Positions 12,801 to 22,881 of a stretch of 64,000 bases of DNA are shown here, piece by piece. The DNA comes from Gordius albopunctatus (Eukaryota). Location: the NCBI GenBank assembly GCA_964276515.1, contig OZ193909.1, positions 3,100,001 to 3,164,000 of the forward strand. Reading direction: 5' to 3'. A model generated the notes under the pieces. That model did no database searches and had not been told where the DNA came from. It saw only the letters and a program-made list of their open reading frames with translations. How positions within the stretch are numbered: position 1 is the first letter of the stretch; each line of letters begins with the position of its first letter. Made by a program: the position numbers and the translations under genes.

Positions 12801-13631
12801 TTTTTTATATTGTTTTAATATCCTGTCTTTTCTCTTTCCTATGTCTAAAGCTGGTAACCTCTTACTATATGTATGATCATTATTTACTTAAAAAATTAAT
12901 AAAGTATAAGAATTATAAATAAAAAGGTACTTGGATTTGGACTTTTTAAAGAAGTTAACCTGGGGGACACAACAATTGACTAATTAAATAAATAAATGTT
13001 ATATATATAAACTTATGTGAGGGAATATTGACATTCGTAATATCTTTCAGAATTAAAGAAGTTTGTTTGGGCTAGAAAAAAATTAACAAATATATGTATT
13101 ATTTTAAAATTATTCAAATATTATTTTAAAATAAAACTTAATATAAATTTATGATATAATCATGATACCTGATGTGAGGGAATATTGACATTTGTAATAT
13201 CTTTCAGAATTAAAGAAGTTTGTTTGGGCTAAAAAAAATTAACAAATATATGTAATATTGTTCATTTAAATTATGTAAAACAAAGTATTTATTAAAAACA
13301 AAGCATATAAAGATTATTCATTAAAATAACGATAAAATAATTTGATTACTTGATCCAAATTTAATGTTGGTACAGAATCTTCCCTCAAAAAGTACCTTTT
13401 ATATGGATAAAAATCTTTTTTGGCAAAATGTTTGCCACATATAAAGGATGTTTTCTTTAGATGAAAATCTGGACCCATAATTAAAAGCCATTTTTTTAAA
13501 TTTCAGGATTTTTTTAGGAAATCTATAAAAAAAATATATAGCAATTTAAAAAATACTTACCTATGGAAGGATGTGTCTCCATTTTTATTCTTATAAACAC
13601 TTGTGCAATTTTTTATTTCACAAGTGCGCAA
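9812..13631 (-). pseudogene. Disabled, multi-intron P/THAP9-like transposase
   Basis: Spliced reading gives a THAP zinc finger (CEIKNC...FHRFP...W...ICGKHF...LREDSVPT), DHTY plus coiled coil, FAITLFYYSPKAY, LTFDEMAI, WKIPLGYF, TCDG, FDACHMLKLVRN, MKVKLAAQLFS, LSQDHLE, CKTC, GGLVVPS and C-terminal IFKGQ*. It is disabled by a TTG start, nonsense codons (12482-12480, 10259-10257, 9838-9836), several 1-nt frameshifts and an insertion at 11191-11540. Confidence 0.9.
11191..11540 (+). mobile_element. ~300-bp insertion flanked by (TA)n, possibly a Penelope-like pseudo-LTR
   Basis: A GC-richer segment (11217-11520) is bracketed on both sides by TA repeats and interrupts a transposase intron at its acceptor. 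It has TATAAATA near its start, AATAAA at 11435 and strong GC hairpins at 11444-11510. The family assignment is tentative. Confidence 0.5.
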
Positions 13632-14510
13632 ATTGGTGGGCTAAAGTAATGGCGGCCTGAGTTGCTAAATAAATTTCAATGAGAAGATCAGCTGTTCGGC
13701 AGTCTATAGTTTTATTAGTCTATGGTAAAACCTTTTACATATCTTCCAACACATCCTAATTCATTTGGTAAGTGACTAATACCATCACAATTCACCTAAA
13801 ATCTTCCATCTAATAGCAGAAGTTCAATGTTATATTTAAAGGGAATTTAGGTCAAATTAAGAGTAGGTATATGGCGTAGGAAGCATTTGAAGGAACCAAT
13901 AATGATTTAGGGAGGAACAAAATTTTAATTTTTTAATCTCGTCTTGGGTTAGGAAAATCTCGGTCTAGTCTAATCTCGGCTGGAATTCTCGACATGTCTC
14001 GACTTTAAAAAATTTTTTACTATATAAATTTTCGCAACTGTTTTTTTGTAAATTATAATAAATACAAAGAAAATTAAAATTTAGGATGGCTAATAATTTT
14101 TTTCCTAAAATTCCTATGAACGTGTTTAATATCGCTTGTGCTACTTTAATATATATTATCCGTTTTTATATTTAATAATGTTTATAACTTCAAATTAAAT
14201 TATATAATATAAATCATCTTATTATTACGCTTACACACTACTTTATTGAATTTATAAAGTAATTACCAATTAGTGCAAATAACAGTTTCTACAGTATGGG
14301 CAGATTTGAATGAATATCATTAAATCTGTGAAGCTAACCTCACTGCCACGATATGCAAAAAAAGTTCTAATAATAAAAGATTTTAAAATTTTATGCACAC
14401 TAAATTGGAGTTCATTTATATTTAACTTAATTGATTATTTAAAGTGGCTGGAACGCTTATTGCATTCAAAAAAAAATAAGTAGAGCCTTTTTTAAAACAT
14501 TTTATATAAT

Positions 14511-14927
14511 CATAGACTGCTCATGCCATATGTTCCATATGGTAAAGTGTGTGTGTCAAATTTTCCCCCATTTTTAAGACAACAAGTGGTGTATTTCACC
14601 CATGTAATTTTGCTTTATAACAGTCAATTTACCTTCCTCATTGGCTTATAAAACGAACGTCAATTAATTAATATTATGCAAAATATAGATGGCGCTATAT
14701 TATTAATTAAACTTACAGTTTTTATATTTTTAATTTTTATGTATTGTGTAAATGATATTTATTTTAGAATGCTGTTTTTGATATCTACCCAATTCGATAT
14801 TTTTTATTTACCTTTTTAGGATTATTTAATTTACAAAAATTAAATATCTATATAATCACTACCTTATCATGTTGTCATTCAAATGTTGGGAAAAGGGTGC
14901 ACAATGTGCTTTGCCGAGCAGTCTATC
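14511..14927. mobile_element. Possible P-like MITE
   Basis: CATAGACTGCTC ... GAGCAGTCTATC inverted ends (11/12) resemble the P-element TIR, and it shares the ATAGATGG(C/T)GCTA motif with the P element (rc near 9667-9681). No TSD was found. Confidence 0.4.
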
Positions 14928-15334
14928 TAGTCTGGATATAACTCTTATTCATTTGTTTTTAAAGAATCTATTACATTCTCATTATTACATTGTCATTGAA
15001 ACCCCAACGGTGCGTGCTGATACATCTTGCCATTATTTATAACATAAATAATTAGTTGCACATACAAAGTTGTAAAAAATTAATAAAAGTAGTATTTTTA
15101 CTAAATTAATAAACAAATTTTTGAGGTTTCAATAAATTGCACCTATGTAATTTCTTATAAAATCATTCTATTATGTTGTGTTTAGACAACTATCGACACA
15201 GAGGCGGGTGTGGGTGGAGAATAAAGTAAAAAGAAATAATATGACTGAAGGATATAGACATATGAAGTGATTAAAAAAGGGAGAGACGAGGGAAGACAAG
15301 ACAACACACACACACATTTTTAATTGCTATGCAA

Positions 15335-16550
15335 TTTATGGGCTCGTTTTTGGTTGTCCGTCGTCCGTCCGTCCGTCCGTCGTCCACCAAGTTATTTACA
15401 CCAGCTTCCCGACCTGGAGGTTGCGGGTTCGAGACCCGGAGAGGACAAATTTTTTTTTTTTTAAATTAAATTAATATTTTGTTCTTGTTAATACCATTGA
15501 TAATATGACTTTTTGACCGTCCGCAGGCTACTGACCAATGAAAAAATGACCACTGGCCAGATAAATCGAAATTTTTAATTTTTCGTTTTTGAATAGTTTA
15601 ACATTGATAATTACCCTATGCCCTCCCCTACAAGGGCCTATGGCTCTATTTATATGGTTCCCTGTTCCCCTCCAAAGGCTTATGCCTCTATTTAATGTGG
15701 GTTTGAATCCCGGCGAACGTTCTAAATTGATGGTTCGAGACCCGGAGAGGACAAAAATTTTTATTTTTTTTTAAATTAAATTAATATATTGTTCTTGTTA
15801 ATACCATTGATAATATAAATTTTTGACCGTCCGCTGGCTGCTGACCAATGGAATAAAATGACCATTGGCCAAAATGTGATTCGAAAATTTTTTTTCGTTT
15901 TTTTTTGACTGTTATGAATTTATATCCACTTTTACCGTGTCCTGGCTGCTGACCAATGGAAAAAAATGACCATTGGCCAAAATGTGAATCGCAATTATTT
16001 TTTCCGTTTTTTTTGACTATTATGATTGTTCCTGTTCCTACCATTGCTATTATGACTTTTTGGCCGTCCGCTGGCTGCTGACCAATGGAATAAAATGACC
16101 ATTGGCCAAAATGTGATTCGAAAATTTTTTTTCGTTTTTTTTTACTGTTATGAATTTATATCCACTTTTACCGTGTCCTGGCTGCTGACCAATGGAAAAA
16201 AATGACCTTTGGCCAAAATGTGATTCGAAAATTTTTTTTTCGTTTTTTTTGACTATTATGATTGTTCCTGTTCCTACCATTGCTATTATGACTTTTTGGT
16301 AATACAACTGTTTCCCGTAGAATTTAACTAACCATAAAGCTTCCCCTTCGCTCCCTCTCTCCCCCTTTATGATATTTGGCATATACACTTATTTAGTGCT
16401 TCCAACCTTCGTTTTGCAATATTCACGTAAGTATTTCCATAAATTGCATAGCAAATATGATACATTTATACGGAGTGTAGATGAGTTCCCCCTTCCCTTC
16501 CCTCCCCTCCTCCCCTTCCCCCTTCCCACGAGGGCCGAAGGCCCGAGTTT
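15335..16550 (+). mobile_element. Helentron/DINE-1-like non-autonomous element with internal tandem repeats
   Basis: It has a (GTCC)n microsatellite near the left end (15356-15386), a central tandem array, and a terminal hairpin GGGCC-GAA-GGCCC (16532-16544) followed by a T run. GGGCTCGT at the left end is a partial inverted match to ACGAGGGCC at the right. Confidence 0.55.
15820..16295. repeat. Higher-order tandem repeat: two ~237-bp dimers of ~119-bp monomers
   Basis: The core CTGGCTGCTGACCAATGGAA.AAAATGACCATTGGCCAAAATGTGA occurs four times with alternating A/B spacers. A further diverged monomer lies at ~15505-15590. Confidence 0.85.
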
Positions 16551-17449
16551 TTATATATTGATGGATTGGATTATATTTTTTTATTGTCCTTGTCTCGTGA
16601 ATACTGGAATACACTAATTTTTATCATCATTCGATAATTGTGATCTTGGTCTTGTGGATATATTAAATTTGGATTGTGAATTGTATATTCCCTGAATTGA
16701 ACATATTATAGTTTAAAACCATATCATATTATGTCCCAAATAATATAGTTTTACAAATTAATTAGTCACAAGATATATGTTTACGAATAAGCTTAGGTTG
16801 ATATATTATTGTCTTGCAAAATCTCAACATTTACAGAAAATTTAATACTTGGTAACCCCACCATCATAATGAAAAGGAAATTTAAATGACAAAATAAATG
16901 CATAATATCATTTTTAACTTAATAATTTCAGAATTTTTAGCTTAAGAATTTCATATGTGTGCCATGATGAGTTCAATCATAAATCTTGGCAGACTCATGA
17001 TTGAACTCGAAATCAATCGTTCGGCGGGGACAGAAATTGCAGAAGGCTAAATAATCTGTAGCCAATTCTATATAAGTATGTTATAATAATTTAAAAATAT
17101 CCTCATATAAAACAGAATGATGTAAATGTGGCGAATATGAAGATGTTTTAGTAATATTAATATTTTATCCGAACTCATGTTTGTATGTTAATTTTATATT
17201 AATGCTCACAGGATATAAATATGTAATAAATTTATGAAACAATTTTATTTAACAGCCCTATAAATACAGCTAAAATTGAAATTTTATGCGGATATATATT
17301 TAATATTGATTAAACTTTGGTGAGTAAAATTTAATATTAAAGAAATTCCAATAATATTAATTTACATTGAACGTCCTAAAATGATTATACAAAATAGAAA
17401 TGTAAACTAAAATTAGTTTATATGATTATGATGGCCAATAAAAAAAATT

Positions 17450-17640
17450 TTAGTCGAGATCTCGACCATAAAATCTCGCCTCGTCTAGTATCGGGTTCAA
17501 AATTCTGGTCTCTATTAGTGTTGCGATCTCGTCTCGGTCTCGAAAACAAAATCTCGTCTCGTCTCGGGAGCGATTATGAAAATCTCGATCTCGTCTCGGT
17601 CTAGAAAAATCTCGGTCTTGTCTCGACTTTAAAAAGAAAT
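17450..17640 (+). mobile_element. TCTCGTCTCG-rich hAT-like MITE copy
   Basis: TAGTGTTGCGATCTCGTCTCGGTCTCG... repeats; homologous to 13935-14010, 21030-21180 and 2545-2660 (rc). Confidence 0.6.
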
Positions 17641-17962
17641 ATATAAGGAATAAAAATATCTCTTGTTTTATTAAAAATAGTGTTAAAAAATCCAAATGGC
17701 AAACTTTTATATTTTTTAAAAAACTTTAATACACTAATTTTTAAAGATTTAGCGGGATATGACATGTCATTTACAATATAAAGATATGAATGCATTCATA
17801 AAAATAACATTTTATATGGAAAGTGTAGACTAAAAACTATAAATAAATTAGCAAATTATAACATTTGTATCAAATCACTGTGTTTGTTAATTATAAATAG
17901 ACTTAGAAAATAATAAGTTCGGTTATAGTTGACTTAGTTGCACAATTGAGAAAATTGAGGCC

Positions 17963-19210
17963 TTTTATTTATTTTTTTTTGGTTAAAAAGTTTATTTTCA
18001 CGAAACAAGGTTATATAAATAAGCGAAATACAAAAATAATACAAACATCTATATCATTATCTTCTAAAATGGGCTATGAGTCGACAAAGGATATAAAGTT
18101 GTATCGTGCAACAAGAATCCCTAGTTGTTGCCTTAGTAAAAAGGACGCAGAAATTTTAGATTTCGGGGTACGTTTTCCGATTTCTTTAAAAAACCCCATT
18201 GCCTGTTTGCCAAAGTAACCGGAGCACGAGGCAACGACAGGGATAAAAATATTGGATGCCAAAAGAGCAGGATACTTTGTAGTTTTACGCCCTTCTGCTG
18301 TAGCGATAGGGTCCTAATTAAAATGGGAAGGGGCAAACAGGTCAATACAAGTAAAGTCCCATTTGAGGGATAGGCCATTTTGCCAGGGGGCTAGAGAAGA
18401 GCCGCCAGGGCGCATCCTACCTTCAAGAGAGGGATCTGATGGCTCAAGGATTGAGGGGATTTTTGCCTTCTTAAGGGCAGCTTGAATTAATAAATTAGCT
18501 TTAGTGTGCCTAAAATATTTATATTTATTTGCTAGGCAGTGTAGACGGTGCCTAGCATATTCGTCTACAATGGTAAGACAATTTTGACAGTTGAATTCTC
18601 TGCTGTAACTAATCCCCAACCTTAAAGCTATGGAATATGATAGCTCAAAGTCTTCAAGCAGCATTCCCAAAAGTTTGCTGGGATAGGCTTCAAGCCACTC
18701 GTGACTAGAACCATCAAAAGCGACGAACCTAAGGTTTTATTGCTGGCTATCATCGCTGCACGATAAAAGGTAATCACAGAGCGCGATACTAGTCCAGAAT
18801 CCCAATCCTTTTGTCTCGTACTTTGAGGTTGAATGGTCTCGGGTGTGACGTTCAAATTCCAAAGCTCCAAGGCTTGAGTTAGCAGAGGGTCGGAATCATG
18901 TTTTGTGAGATTAAAAATTAAGCTTTGGACCTACTTAAAAGAGGAAATAAAAGCGGCCAGCGGTATGCTGCCGGGAGGGCAAATTCCGAATCCTCTTGAT
19001 TTGTTTGGGAGGGATGCTTGAATCCAATTGTTAGTATAAAATTTTAAATTTAAAATTTTTTCTAATAAAGTTTTTAAAAAGCCTTCGTACGACTTTAAAA
19101 CGTCTGGGTGTAAAAATGCGCCAGATGAGCGAAAACAATGATTAATCTTTGAAATGTTAAAATAGTTTTTGATTTTCAAAGTAGATCTTGATATATTTAA
19201 GGCGAACAAT
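17963..19210 (-). mobile_element. 5'-truncated, frameshifted CRE-clade non-LTR retrotransposon (RT C-terminus, zinc knuckle, restriction-like endonuclease)
   Basis: Minus-strand ORF pieces: WIQASLP..RGFGI; ALRLG...CQNC...HRLHC...RH..AN..I..AL..AKIPSILEP...RP.G...PWQNGLSLKWDFTC (RLE type); FIPVV..CSG.FG..A..F. The 3' end has AATAAA and an A-rich tail (T run at 17963-17980 on +). Confidence 0.8.
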
Positions 19211-19394
19211 TAAGTCCATTAGTAGCATCATTAATTATAGCCTATAGTCTTTATTGCATGTTTACTATAGCGTTATAAACCACAAAGTGCGATGGACTTT
19301 TAATGATAATATCATTTACAGAATTGATAACTAGATACACACATCAAAACGTGTAGAAACAACAATAAAATCAGCATTATTATAGGATTAAGAA

Positions 19395-20404
19395 GGCCTA
19401 GCCAGCTTTTGAATTAGGGGGGGGGGGCCAGATAATTTCCTTGACTATCCCAAAATTTTTCCTGAGAGCAAAAAAAAAAGGTCTCGCCTATCCAAAAAAA
19501 TTTTCCGGATTTAAATTTTGCTAATTAGGGGGGGGGGACGCCTTAAATTCTAACTTTTATTAAATCCTATAGGCGAACACAACTCGTTCTCTCCATCCAG
19601 CTCTACACTCATCACTTTCCTTTGGCATGCTATAATTTAAAAATTTTATATAATTATTAAATATAAAAAACATGCAATTACTATATAATGATGATACAGA
19701 AAAAATAGATGTCTGAAAACCTACATAAAAAGTTTTTGCAATTTACTAAAAAATACTGAATATAGCCCAAGCCCCACAAAATTTTTAATAACTATAAAAA
19801 TAATTAATATTCATAATCAGATTAATGTAATATAAAATATACCTGAATAAATTACTATTTTTAAATCATAAAATTATTTAAATAAATTTAAAGTATTTCA
19901 TAGATTTTTCTGAAATTTATATATAATTAATAAATATGTCGAAAATTATTTAAGCAAAACACATAAAATTTTCAAAAAAGTCTTTGCTAAATAATTAAAA
20001 TACTGAAATAAATATTATCAAAGGTCAATAAAGATTCAAAATAAAATTTTTTAACTTACCGTTTTAATAAAGTATGTACGAATATCCATTAAATTTGAAA
20101 TTGTTAGGGAAATTAATTTGAATGTATGTATGTATGTATTAATTTTAGGAATAGGAAATAAATAATGACTACAAAAACACAATCGCAACTAGTAATCTAA
20201 AATCTCAAATTTAGATTTAATTTTACCAAAATAATTTAAATTTATTTGTAAATTCCTAATATAAGCCTCTGTATTTATTTGAGTTAAGTTCAAACAGGGG
20301 GGGGGGGCAAAACATAATTTTTTTTAATTTTTAAGGGTTTTTGTATTGAAATTTTTCTTTTTTCCTAAATTAGGGGGGGGGGGGGGCCCTTGGCTACGCC
20401 CATG
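19395..20404. mobile_element. ~1-kb member of the G-tract MITE family
   Basis: GGCCTAGCCAGCTTTTGAATTAGGGGG ... GGCTACGCCCATG, with flanks TTAAGAAG / TTAAGAAA. Its ends are collinear with 60065-60484. Confidence 0.7.
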
Positions 20405-21184
20405 TTAAGAAAATAAGGTTTTAAACTTTAAATTTCACGTATTTAAATTTATGACAAAATTCATTATAATCAAATTTATATTCCAAATAATTATCTTCCA
20501 AATCTAACTAACTTTGCCATTAATAGTTATTTATCGAATATAGTTGAAGCATAAAAACTTCTAGAAAACTCATGCTTTAGATTTAATCTATTAAGGTTTC
20601 ATTAAATACTCTATTGAACTTTTGAAATCGTTAAGCGGGTGCTAAAAATCTCGAGCCACCTTAGCTTAACTAGTTTAATTATTCAAACTGATTGACCACC
20701 AATTTATAATTACCGCATTATGCAAGATGAATAACTGCGAAATATAAATATGCTTTGTTTATATTTACTATTCAATTAGAACTCATTCTAAGCCTATAAT
20801 TTTGTAATATTTAATAATTCTATAGATTCAAATATGTGATAAAGATATTTTAAATCATTCACATACCCTAAGGATCAACCATATTGGATAAATTATTGAC
20901 AAATTTAAATTTTTTTGCAAAAAATATAATATTTACATGAATTTTTTTATTCCATACATATTGATTTACTCTTATTAACTTAAATGTAAATCATGGAAAT
21001 TAAAATACACGATAATTTACTAAAATCTAACGATCGAGATCTCGGCGAAAAAATCTCGTATCGTCTCGTCTCGACTTTTTCAAATTCCACCGAGATTTTT
21101 CTCGGGTTTTCCGCATCACTAGTCTCGATCTCGACTCAATTTTGCAAATTTTCGTCTCGATCAAGATTTTTTTTTGGTTTTTCC

Positions 21185-21498
21185 CATAGACTAATAAAAC
21201 CATAGACTCCAGAACAGCTGATAATTTTTCAGCAAATATAGCAAGCGACATTTTGTGGGAAATTGTAATCAAACAATAGAATTCAGCATAATTTATTGTT
21301 CTAATTTACTTTTTTTTATTAATTTACAAATTAAGCTATTAGTCTTATTTATTTTCTTCAATATTTTATCGCTGAGAAGTATAAATATACCTGTTGTTGA
21401 CTCTTTCCTACAATATGGCAGCTATTTTGGTGTATGAAATGAATGATTTTAATTGTAAAAATCAGCTATTCGGCAGTCTATGATTTTATTAGTCTTTG
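21185..21498. mobile_element. P-element-derived MITE nested in a TCTCGTCTCG-family element
   Basis: Ends CATAGACTAATAAAACCATAGACTCCAGAACAGCTGAT / ATCAGCTATTCGGCAGTCTATGATTTTATTAGTCTTTG match the 9401-13724 TIRs. TSD GTTTTTCC / GTTTTTCA (7/8). The host element (from ~21030) resumes with GCATCACTA. Confidence 0.85.
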
Positions 21499-22881
21499 GT
21501 TTTTCAGCATCACTATCAATGTTAATTATGTTCCAGTCTTATATTTTTAATTTTATAAATATTAATGATTTTCACTGTGAAATTCTTACAGTTTAGAAGC
21601 TAGCATTAATTATCATTATCCACATAATACCTAAAAACAAAATTGTAAGGGCTCATCCCATTATCTTAAAGTAACAGAATAATTATGATTGCCTATAAAA
21701 GTATGCTCCACCAAACCAAATAAAAAATAATAAAAATATAATTTTTTTATAATGTGACCCATAACAATGTTTGTTTAATTATCCTCAAATATAAAAAGGT
21801 TTTACCAATGAATATAGATATAAATAAAATCTAAATGAAAGGTTTAAGTTAATAAAGAGTTCTGAAAATAGCTGGTTTATATTATTCAAATTAGTTGAAT
21901 TAAAATGAATTTTATTGAGCGATGTTTAAGACAAAAAAGTCTAAATCATTGAAGATATTAAGGTTAGAGCTAACCTACGACAAATATAAGATTAAATTAA
22001 ATTCTGCATCTCGCAAATCACTTATAAGTTATAATGTGGTCCTGATGACAAAATTTTTACATTTAGACAAAGTCTTAGATTGGCGTATTTTAGTCCTTCC
22101 AGCTTTGGATCTGCCTCACATGATAGATATTTTCCAGAAATTAGATTGCTGAAAGCCTAATTTAGTCCTGGAAAATACCTTTGATATTCAATTTTTACCT
22201 TAGATGTTATTACATAACATTTATTATATTAGTTCTTTCACAATTTCTATTTACAAAAAAATTAAAAATGTGTCTTTTGGCTTCTCACGTAGGCTAAAAA
22301 ATTTATTTAGCTTAAACCATAAAATTACATCCCAATAATATATCTCAAATTTTAAAAACATTCATGTTTATTCACTTTGCAATCAAAATATTACAAGGTA
22401 AAGTTGAATTGAAAGAGAACCTATCACCCAAATGACTTGAGGAGACTGATTAAGTTCAAGCGATTTGAGTGAAACCATGGCAAAGCTTCCAATTACTAAT
22501 AGGTAATATGATCTTATTCTAAATGCAAAGTTGTGGTTGGTGACCCTAGTTTAAGTTATCATAGATGTTTAATTGTGTCAATAATTGAGTACATTCTCCC
22601 CTACCTTATCCCCCCCCCATATGTATAAGCCTGATTGCCAAATACGTTGCTTATATCAAATTTCTGCGTCGCGAACAAATTATTTTTTTTAATTGTGTTT
22701 ACGATATAGATTTAAAGTGAAATCACACGTTCCCCAAGCAAATATAGCCTGACATTTTAAATGGGTTTATTTAGTCAATGGTTGAACAGTGAAATAAAAT
22801 TACTAGGATAGTAGAAAGGCTTAGGAATTGAATTATTTAGTGAAAGTGAAAAATGATGATTTTTCGAAATTCGAAAAAATC

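Larger units (their letters stand above)
9401..13724 (-). mobile_element. Full-length P-element (THAP9-type) DNA transposon, 4324 bp
   Basis: Perfect 33-bp TIRs CATAGACTAATAAAACTATAGACTGCCGAACAG (9401-9433, and rc at 13692-13724). Perfect 8-bp TSD GTAAAACC (9393-9400, 13725-13732). An internal transposase is on the minus strand. Confidence 0.95.

Noticed and set aside
15405..15450. tRNA gene
   Set aside because: Only a T-arm/B-box-like piece is present; no acceptor stem, D arm or anticodon arm can be folded.
15781..16388. CRISPR-like repeat array and the ORFs across it
   Set aside because: Spacers are repeated (ABAB) rather than unique, there are no cas genes, and the context is eukaryotic. 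The ORFs simply follow the repeat.
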